64,000 nt of DNA from an uncultured delta proteobacterium (GTDB lineage: Bacteria > Desulfobacterota > Binatia > DP-6): the NCBI GenBank assembly GCA_963815115.1, contig CAWFFN010000009.1, positions 160,001 to 224,000 of the forward strand, in the 5' to 3' direction. Within the stretch, counting starts at the first letter, position 1, and each line of letters begins with the position of its first letter. Of this stretch, positions 57,901-64,000 are shown in pieces. The notes beneath the pieces are model-generated. The model saw only the letters and a program-made list of their open reading frames with translations, was not told the DNA's origin and made no database searches. Position numbers and translations under genes: made by a program.

Positions 57901-59923
57901 CGAGAGCGAGCTGCTCGCGGGCGACGACCTGAAGGCCGCCATCGCGTGGCGAGGCGTGCGGGCCGAGGCGCTCGCCCGGCGCGGCGAGCATGCGGCGGCG
58001 ATCGACCTGGCCCGCGCCGCCGTCGAGATCGCCGCCGCCACCGACGCGCTGCTCGATCACGCCGACGCCCGGCATGCGCTCGCGGTCGCCTTGCGGGCGG
58101 CCGCCCGCGACGAGGAGGCGGACGTCGAGGAGGGGCGAGCGATCGAGCTGTGGGAGGCGAAGGGAGCCACGCTGCTCGCGGAGCGTGCCCGCCGTCGCGG
58201 CCGTGCGGGGGTCTCGCGTGCCGCGCCGGTCGCCGACGCTCCGGCCGCCCCGCCGGCCCCGCGATTCGTCAACGCCGTCTGTCGCCTGCAGGCCGAGCTC
58301 GAGCGGCGCTGGCGGGAGCGCGACTGGGACGGGATAGTCGCGACGTTCGGGCCCGCGCCCCACCTCGAGAACCGTCGCTGGCTCGTCCGCATCGACCTCG
58401 GCGGGGACGATTTCTTCGCTAACCTGCGCCTGCTCTTCGCGACGCCGTCGGGCGCATGGCACACCGAGCCGCTCGCGACCCGCGGCGAGCGGCTGGCGCT
58501 CTTCCGGGTGCGGTTCACCGGCGAGATCGGGCCCGGCGGGACGATGGCCGAGGAGCATCTCGCGGTCGTCGAGCACGACGAGTCCGGCCGTCGCGTCTCG
58601 TTCGTCACCTTCGACCCGGGCGAACTCGGCGCCGCCCACGAGGAGCTCGACCGGCGCTTCGCCGCCGGCGAAGGCGCGCCTCATGCCGAATTCCTCGCGC
58701 ACCACGGGGCCTTCCGGCGAGCCGCCGCGGCGCGCGATCGGGACGCCTTGCTGCGCCTGCTGCCCGCGGACTTCACGCTCCTGAGCCATCGCCGCCTCGC
58801 CAACACCGGCGCGCGCATGACGCGCGAGGAGTACGTTGCGAGCCTCGCCGTGATGGACGAGCTCGCCGTCAGCGCGGACATCCGTTTGGACCACATCCTG
58901 CGGCTGTGCGCCACGGCGATCATCGGTGTATCGACCTTCAGCGGCACGGCGCGTGGCGGCGACTTCGAGAATGCGACCGTCTTCGTGGGCAGGCAGGACG
59001 GCCACGTGCTCCACGGCTGGGAGCTCTTCGACCTCGAGCAGCTCGATGCGGCGCGGGCGCGGTACGACGAGCTGGCCGACGAGCGTCCTGCTGCCCGGCG
59101 CTTCGAGAACGCGGCCACGCGTGCGGCGGACCGGCTGCACGAGGTCCGGACGACTCGCGATGCCCACCGGCTCGGGGCGCTCGTGACCCCTGGCTTCCGG
59201 ATCAGCGATCGGCGCAAGGCAGGCGGCCGGGAGCTCGGTCGCGAGGAATCGATCCCCGCCGTCTGCGCCGGCTCGCCGCCCGGCCGGCGCGACACGCTCG
59301 CGACGCGCGGGGACCGCCTCGCGCTGGCGCGTGAGCATCCGGACATCGGTGAAGGCGCCGCTCGGCCCGACGCGACCGGCTGGCTCGAGATCGTCGAGGT
59401 GGACGCTGCCGGCAGGCCGGCGAGGCTGACCCTGTTCGACGAGGAGGACCTCGACGCGGCCAGCGCCGAGCTCGATGAGCGCTACGAGGAAGGCGAGGCC
59501 GCTGCCTACGGGCACGCGGCGATGACCCGTGCGTTCCGCAGCGCCCTCGCCGCACGCGAATGGGACACCCTGGCGACGCTGCTCGCGCCCGACCTGGTCG
59601 TCGAGGACCACCGGCTCCTGGGCTGGGAGACGCTGCATGGCGCAGGGGAATACGTCGAGGCATTGCGGTCGCTCGTGGAGCTGGCGCCCGACGTTCGCCT
59701 TCGGCTCGACCACGTCGTCGGCATGTCCGATCGCGCGGTCATCTATGCTCCCGCGTGGGTCGGTACTCGCGAGGGGGGAGCGTTCGAGGACCCCAGCATG
59801 GTCGTGGCGGAATTCGATGCGCTGCATCGCATCCGTCGCTTCGACCAGTACGGCGCCGACGAGATCGTCGAGGCCCGGGCGCGCTTCGACGGCATCGGCT
59901 CGGGGCCACCGCGCGACGGCTAG
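54992..59923 (+). CDS. Double Zn-ribbon + class III nucleotide cyclase + STAND ATPase + TPR-like + SnoaL-like repeats (1643 aa)
   Basis: CPGC..CSGC..CPAC..CDAC, VFADLIGST, GDGVM, NVAARLQ, GAPGLGKS, IDDLQW, GNPLF, FHHNLIRDAAY; C-terminal repeated ATRG.RLAL units. Confidence 0.88.
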   Translation: MTCPGCGRTSRPGARFCSGCGTSLAPRCPACDAENEADARFCDACGSALSTVAARDTVARKVVTIVFADLIGSTSLHERLDPESVNRIMARYHRAVRAPVEAHGGTVVQRLGDGVMCAFGVPRVAEDDAIRAVHAAVAMHRAFRELVEEERAVLGGVGLRVAVNTGEVVVTDEYTAGIGDPLNVAARLQQEARDGDVLIGEATERLVRDQVTLARVGTFALKGRAETVTAYRVVSLDRPAGAATAAFVGREDELRRIADVYEAAVAAPGARLVVILGAPGLGKSRLLAEQARRLESRAVVLTARCEAAGGPTFAPLADVLRTVLGVGDGPADDAIRAAVTAVLPGDESPRIADGIVALLAGRPGSPEETFFVIRRLLAAVAAAQPVVLAIDDLQWAEPLLLDLTEHLVQWSTSVPLLVLAAARPELRDVRPSLTVPGGLVADVVTLAGLDAGAATRLAANVIGADELPAAIAGRVLAASEGNPLFVGELVRMLVHDGALRREGTRWTMGVELADLEMPPTIHALLAARIERLHHDDRSVLERAAVVGRQFSRAAIAHLVPREIADLDARLESLQRSELIEPDAAWLFGEPALRFHHNLIRDAAYRRLLKGTRAELHGRVADWLELRAGHAAEHDETIGWHLEQAHQHLRELGPLDEHGRALGERAARYLGAAGRRALARDDLSLAASLLGRAIERLDAGDPARADLALDWCEALLAAGDVAPAASAIGELARFTGSSDRLAAWHTCFAGQLAILTDPQTLRATAGAVASAADVLGAAGDAAGEARAHAVHATALARLGEFGACEAALDRALAAARSAHDRRRANAILAGAPQAALWGPSPVTRASGRCLDVVRVLRITRGAPAVEAAALRCQAVLETLRARADAGRRMIASSRHLVEELGITHRLLEAEVSAGLIELLEEDAPAAERSLRAAYDGLRAHGLAIDAAQAAALLGRALLALGRAAEAEALSHESELLAGDDLKAAIAWRGVRAEALARRGEHAAAIDLARAAVEIAAATDALLDHADARHALAVALRAAARDEEADVEEGRAIELWEAKGATLLAERARRRGRAGVSRAAPVADAPAAPPAPRFVNAVCRLQAELERRWRERDWDGIVATFGPAPHLENRRWLVRIDLGGDDFFANLRLLFATPSGAWHTEPLATRGERLALFRVRFTGEIGPGGTMAEEHLAVVEHDESGRRVSFVTFDPGELGAAHEELDRRFAAGEGAPHAEFLAHHGAFRRAAAARDRDALLRLLPADFTLLSHRRLANTGARMTREEYVASLAVMDELAVSADIRLDHILRLCATAIIGVSTFSGTARGGDFENATVFVGRQDGHVLHGWELFDLEQLDAARARYDELADERPAARRFENAATRAADRLHEVRTTRDAHRLGALVTPGFRISDRRKAGGRELGREESIPAVCAGSPPGRRDTLATRGDRLALAREHPDIGEGAARPDATGWLEIVEVDAAGRPARLTLFDEEDLDAASAELDERYEEGEAAAYGHAAMTRAFRSALAAREWDTLATLLAPDLVVEDHRLLGWETLHGAGEYVEALRSLVELAPDVRLRLDHVVGMSDRAVIYAPAWVGTREGGAFEDPSMVVAEFDALHRIRRFDQYGADEIVEARARFDGIGSGPPRDG

Positions 59924-60258
59924 CGCGGGACGCGCGTCCGCGGACGTCGGGTGCGTGTCCGGACCACGTGGCGCCGTCGCGCCGCCGCGGGCGGCGCCGC
60001 TCGCGCCGCCCGGAACCAGCGCAGCCAGCGCGTGGTCACGCCAAGGAGGCGCGCGGTGTCCAGGCGGTAGACTCGCTCCCGGCCCCGCTGCGCGACGCGC
60101 ACCAGACCGGCGTCCTCCAGCACCCGGAGATGCCGCGTCGTCGTCGGCCAGCTGCAGCTGAAGCGGTCGGCGATCTCCCCGGCGGTCATCTCGCCGCCGC
60201 GGAATCGGAGCACCAGCAGGACATGGCGTCGCGACGCGTGCGCCAGCGCGGCGAACAC
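59920..60258 (-). CDS. ArsR/SmtB-family regulator
   Basis: VFAALAHASRR, TAGEIADRF, TRHLRVLEDAGLV, GRERVY. Start uncertain. Confidence 0.87.
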   Translation of the reverse strand: MFAALAHASRRHVLLVLRFRGGEMTAGEIADRFSCSWPTTTRHLRVLEDAGLVRVAQRGRERVYRLDTARLLGVTTRWLRWFRAARAAPPAAARRRHVVRTRTRRPRTRVPR

Positions 60259-60283
60259 GTCGTCGACGTCCGCGAGCTCGCGC

Positions 60284-60628
60284 TCAGCGCCGGAATTCGA
60301 CCGCGATGCGCTCGAAATGGGGAAACTCCATCGTTTCGCACAGCGCGCCCATCGGCTCCCAGATCGCCATCACCTCGGGGCTGCGGTGCGCGACCTCCGC
60401 GCTCGCGGCGCTCTTCCAGTCGAAGATCTCGACCAAGACCCCGGCGGGCGCCGCCCGTCCGGCCCCGGGCTTTCCCGGCAGGCCGCGAAAGACGCGTGGC
60501 GGCTCGTCCGTCACCAGGCCTGCCCGGTGCAGCGTCGGCCAGTGTCGGGCGATCAGACGGAGCATCTCGGGCTCCACGGCCGGCTTGAGATGGTACCGGC
60601 ACATCACGGTCTGCGGTTGGTCCTTCAT
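60284..60628 (-). CDS. Small protein, probably dimeric alpha/beta barrel (ABM-like)
   Basis: YHLKP..HWPTL..VEIFDWKS..AH..PEVMAIW pattern; directly upstream of ArsR in the same orientation. Confidence 0.7.
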   Translation of the reverse strand: MKDQPQTVMCRYHLKPAVEPEMLRLIARHWPTLHRAGLVTDEPPRVFRGLPGKPGAGRAAPAGVLVEIFDWKSAASAEVAHRSPEVMAIWEPMGALCETMEFPHFERIAVEFRR

Positions 60629-60637
60629 GGGCTGACA

Positions 60638-60682
60638 TTTAGCGGATTGGCTAATGGTGTCAAGATTAGCCGCTCGGCTAAA
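60638..60682 (-). promoter_or_regulatory. Sigma70 promoter with tandem ArsR-like operator palindromes
   Basis: TTAGC-N6-GCTAA at 60639-60654 and 60666-60681 flank a minus-strand TTGACA (60658-60663); -10-like TAAATG lies about 7 nt before the ATG at 60628. Confidence 0.68.
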
Positions 60683-60755
60683 CGAGTGGTCCTGAGTTCT
60701 TCCCGCGCATTCCCTCTCCTTGGAAAACGCTCGCCGATGTGTCACGGGCAGGCGC

Positions 60756-62006
60756 ATGGGTGGGGCACGCGCGCTGGTGGCGGGCCTGGTCGTCACGCTG
60801 GTGGTGCTGGCGCTGGCAGTCGTCGTGCGCTCGATCGGACGCGGTCCCGAGCCGACGCGTCCGGGGACGATCGACGCGCTGGCGTCCAGCAGCGACACCT
60901 GCGTCACGTGCCACCGGAAGTCGACCCCCGGCATCGTGGAGCAGTACGGGCACAGCACCATGGCCGCCGCGGGCGTGCGCTGTCAGGACTGCCACGAGGT
61001 GAAGAGCGACTATCCCGGCGCCGTCGCCCACGAGGGCACCCACGTCCTCGCGCAGCCGACGACGGCGATGTGCACGCGGTGCCACCAGAACCAGGTGGCG
61101 CAGTTCGCCCAGAGTCGGCACGGGTTGCCGGCATACGTAGCCTACGCCGGCTCGAAGGATCTGACCGCGGCCCAGCTCGCGGAGTATCGCGCCATCCCGG
61201 AAGGACACTTCGCCCCCGACCAGTCGCGCAACGCGATCGCCGTCATCGAGGGCGAGCGCATCACGCATTTCGCGTGCGCCACCTGCCACGCCATCGGCGC
61301 GCCGGCGGCGGACGGCTCGTCGGGCCAGTGCTGGCGGTGTCACCTGCGGCACGAGTTCAGCCTGGAGCAGGCGCGGAAGCCCGAGACCTGCAACGCCTGC
61401 CACATCGGCCCCGACCACCCGCAGTGGGAGATCTACGTCGAGAGTCCCCACGGGATCGCCTACCACACCGGGGGCGATCGCTGGCACTGGAACGCAAAGC
61501 CGGGGACGCTGACGGTGCGCGACTTCCCGGCGCCGACCTGCGCGACCTGTCACCTGAGCGGCTTCGGCAGCCAGGGGACGACGCACGACGTCGGCGACCG
61601 GCTGACCTGGTACCTCTTCGCGCCGATCAGCGAGCGGCGGCCCGCCTGGGAAGACAACCGCACCCGCATGCAGAGCGTCTGCCGCGCCTGCCACAACCAG
61701 AACTTCGTCCGGGACTTCTACCAGCACGCCGACGAGGCCACCGAGGCGGTGAACGATCTCGTCCGGCAGAGCAACGCGATCATCGACGGGCTCAAGGCCG
61801 ACGGGCTGGTGACGCCGACGCCGTTCGACGAGCCCATCGACTTCGTCGCCTTCGACACCTGGCACCACTACGGGCGCACCGCGAAGTTCGGCGCGTGGAT
61901 GCAGGGGCCGGACTACACGCAATGGCACGGCGCGTACGAGGTCGTGAAGGGCCTGGCGGAGCTGCGTGCCATGGCGGCGGAGAAGCGGGCGCATCGCGGT
62001 GAGTGA
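60756..62006 (+). CDS. Octaheme c-type cytochrome, hydroxylamine oxidoreductase-like family
   Basis: Eight CxxCH motifs (CVTCH, CQDCH, CTRCH, CATCH, CWRCH, CNACH, CATCH, CRACH), CHIGPDHPQWEIY.ES.HG, GPDYTQWHG, N-terminal TM/signal. Confidence 0.85.
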   Translation: MGGARALVAGLVVTLVVLALAVVVRSIGRGPEPTRPGTIDALASSSDTCVTCHRKSTPGIVEQYGHSTMAAAGVRCQDCHEVKSDYPGAVAHEGTHVLAQPTTAMCTRCHQNQVAQFAQSRHGLPAYVAYAGSKDLTAAQLAEYRAIPEGHFAPDQSRNAIAVIEGERITHFACATCHAIGAPAADGSSGQCWRCHLRHEFSLEQARKPETCNACHIGPDHPQWEIYVESPHGIAYHTGGDRWHWNAKPGTLTVRDFPAPTCATCHLSGFGSQGTTHDVGDRLTWYLFAPISERRPAWEDNRTRMQSVCRACHNQNFVRDFYQHADEATEAVNDLVRQSNAIIDGLKADGLVTPTPFDEPIDFVAFDTWHHYGRTAKFGAWMQGPDYTQWHGAYEVVKGLAELRAMAAEKRAHRGE

Positions 62007-62907
62007 GCCGCTCGAGGTGCTGTGGCCGCGCGCCTCGTGGCTGCGGCGGTTGCCCTTCGGGCGCGACCAGGTGATGCTGCTGCTCGCGGCGGTCTCGGTG
62101 GCGCTGTCGGGTCTGGATGCCTGGCTGGTGCACGGCGCCCGCGGTACGGTGCGCGGCGCCGAGTGGATCCCGGTCGTCTTCGGCCCGCTCGCCGGGGCGG
62201 CGCTGCTGATCGCCGGCCTGATCGCGCTCCGCCGGCGTACGCTCGCCTCGCTGCTCGCCACCGCCGTCTTCGCCGCCAGCGTCGTGGTCGGCGTCGCCGG
62301 GGCCTGGTTCCACCTGCAGCGGGCGATCCTGGCGGCGGCGGCACCGGGCCAGCGCGTCCTGCTCGATCTCTTCTTCTGGGCTCCCCCCGTGCTCGGCCCG
62401 CTGGCCTTCGCCTTCATCGGCATCTTCGGCACCAGCGCCGCCTGGGTCGAGACGCCCCCCGGCAGCGGTCAGCTCCTCCTGCCCGGCGACGTCCGCCTCC
62501 GCCTGCCGTATCCGAAGATCAACGCCTACTTCTACATCACCGCGACGGGCATCCTGATCACGCTGGTGTCGTCGGTGCTCGACCACGCCGCCACCGGCTT
62601 CGAGGACGCGTGGCTGTGGCTTCCGACGGCCGGCGGCACGTTCGCGATGGTGGTGGCGACGGTGCTCGGCATGATCGAGCGCCCGACGAGGGCGGATCTG
62701 TGGACCTACGTGGGCGCCATGGTCCTCCTGCTCGCGATCGGCGCCGTCGGCGCGGTACTTCACCTGCTGTTCGATCTCGGTCCGAGCCGACAGCTGGTGC
62801 TGGAACGCTTGCTCCGGGGCGCGCCGCTCATGGCGCCGTTGCTCTTCAGCAACATGGGGCTCGTCGGGCTCGTCGCGCTCCTTCCGGAGCGCGAGTACGC
62901 CGGGTGA
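61999..62907 (+). CDS. Polytopic membrane protein with internal duplication, partner of the octaheme cytochrome
   Basis: About 8 TM helices; two halves each with two His (WLVHG/WFHL; LDHA/VLHL) and PPVLGPLAF / APLMAPLLF; overlaps the cytochrome stop. Confidence 0.78.
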   Translation: MSEPLEVLWPRASWLRRLPFGRDQVMLLLAAVSVALSGLDAWLVHGARGTVRGAEWIPVVFGPLAGAALLIAGLIALRRRTLASLLATAVFAASVVVGVAGAWFHLQRAILAAAAPGQRVLLDLFFWAPPVLGPLAFAFIGIFGTSAAWVETPPGSGQLLLPGDVRLRLPYPKINAYFYITATGILITLVSSVLDHAATGFEDAWLWLPTAGGTFAMVVATVLGMIERPTRADLWTYVGAMVLLLAIGAVGAVLHLLFDLGPSRQLVLERLLRGAPLMAPLLFSNMGLVGLVALLPEREYAG

Positions 62908-63008
62908 GAGGCAGTTCGATGTCCCCGACAGCTTGGCGCAACGACGGTCGATCCCTATCGTACGCCGGCACGTGTCCCCCCGAGGACGCCCCGGGAGAGG
63001 AGGAGGAC

Positions 63009-63598
63009 ATGAGGCTGCTCCCGATGTTCGTGTCTGCCCTGGTGCCGACACTGCTGCTCGCGGCGAGCCCTTCCCTCGACTGCGGCAAGGCGACGGGGAA
63101 GGTGCCTGCGTTGCTGTGCACGGACGACGCCCTGGCGCAGCTGGACCGGAAGATGGCGGAGACCTACGAGCCGGCGCTGCGTTCCATGACCGAGGCCGAT
63201 CGCAACACGGAGCAAGGCTCCCAGCGCCGGTGGATGGGCGAGCGCGACGCGTGTGCCGGCAAGAAGGACAAGGCGGTGCCTGGAGAGCCTCTACGAATCG
63301 CGGATCACCGCCCTGCAGGTCAAGGGTGCCTGGTCACGGCGCCGCCGCCGACGCTGTACGACTGCGGCACGGCGGGCACGGTCACTGCGTATTTCTACAA
63401 CGACACGCAGCTGCCGGCGGCGGTGGTCAACGTGGGCGCATCGATCGGGGACCTCGCCGTCTCCCAGCCGACCGGGAGCGGCGCGAAGTACGGCGGCAGG
63501 AAGCTGACGTTCTGGACAAGGGGGACACGGCCCTGCTCATCCGTGACGGCAAGCCGCAGGTGGAGTGCACCAAGAAGACGACCGCGAGCGGAGATTGA
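63009..63598 (+). CDS. LprI + MliC lysozyme-inhibitor-like exported protein (frameshifted)
   Basis: SPSLDCGKA..LLC.DDALAQLD, QRRW..RDAC, CLESLYESRI (alternate frame), SGAKY..FW.KGDTA; AGGAGG RBS. Confidence 0.75.
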
Positions 63599-63890
63599 AG
63601 CGCCGGTGAGGATGGCGATCGCCTCCATCTACACCCTGGCGGGTGTCGCCTCGGCCGCCGTCGGCTTCGCCGGGATGCTCGGCGTCGCGACGGGAACTCC
63701 GTGAAGGTCCCCCCAGACCGGTCGGGTTCGCCGCGGTCTTCCTCTCCGCGGATGTCGATCTGGAGGCGTCTCGTTCGACGACACCGGTAGAGAGCCCACA
63801 GCCGCGAGCCGTGGGCCGCGAGCGGCGATCGAGCGGTCGGGCACGAGCGACCCGCGAATGCCGGCGCGACGCTCTAGGGAGGACTGATTG

Positions 63891-64000
63891 ATGAGCAGTG
63901 TTCGGGTACTGGTGGGCACGCGGAAGGGGGCGTTCGTCCTCGAGGCGGACGGAGCGCGCGCGCGGTGGAGCGTCAGTGGCCCTCATTTCGGCGGCTGGGA
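63891..64000 (+). CDS. Beta-propeller/sialidase-like (BNR) protein, 5' fragment
   Basis: [28 protein letters not shown]-terminus; GGAGGA RBS. Confidence 0.75.
   Translation, partial: MSSVRVLVGTRKGAFVLEADGARARWSVSGPHFGGW

Noticed and set aside
60756-62006. Evidence for ammonia oxidation or anammox
   Set aside because: No amo, cycA/cycB or hzs genes in the window; the protein is short and resembles reductive HAO-like proteins.
43557-63598. asd, gcdH and lprI-mliC as pseudogenes or programmed frameshifts
   Set aside because: Motifs are intact, no slippery heptamer is evident at the shift sites, and asd is normally essential; sequencing indels are more likely.
63612-63704. 30-aa hydrophobic ORF MAIASIYTLAGVASAAVGFAGMLGVATGTP
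   Set aside because: Too short to support; it may be a gene remnant or chance.

Overview
A very GC-rich bacterial chromosome segment that is almost fully coding, with about 62 genes. I recognised no rRNA, tRNA, CRISPR array, transposase or phage genes. Gene content resembles a soil/sediment Deltaproteobacteria-like lineage such as Ca. Binatia (inference only). Most long ORFs in the supplied track are antisense or off-frame shadows. Several real genes carry single-base frameshifts, concentrated at 7.5-10.7 kb and also in asd, gcdH and lprI-mliC, which look like sequencing indels. The centre (about 11.9-41.4 kb) is dominated by envelope and lipid decoration genes. (i) Hopanoid side-chain genes hpnJ-hpnI sit back-to-back with a 2-aminoethylphosphonate-type pathway: a PepM-NTP-transferase fusion with a non-canonical EDNEFPKRCS motif, a split phosphonopyruvate decarboxylase, an AEP transaminase, a cytidylyltransferase and a CDP-alcohol phosphotransferase. 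(ii) An Arn-like aminosugar/polyprenol-phosphate system has two GT-C transferases flanking an apparently POTRA-less Omp85. (iii) Enolase follows. (iv) A three-gene module of LnmK-like hot-dog enzyme, ACP and MBOAT looks like a Dlt-type acylation system without an adenylation enzyme. Other notable items are a ferredoxin fused to a Zn-ribbon/coiled coil, a family of about 110-bp palindromic repeats (one copy overlaps the end of eno), a 1643-aa STAND-type cyclase with SnoaL-like repeats, an ECF42/DGPF pair, and an octaheme HAO-like cytochrome with a His-containing membrane partner. All family calls come from motif recognition by eye; no database searches were run.
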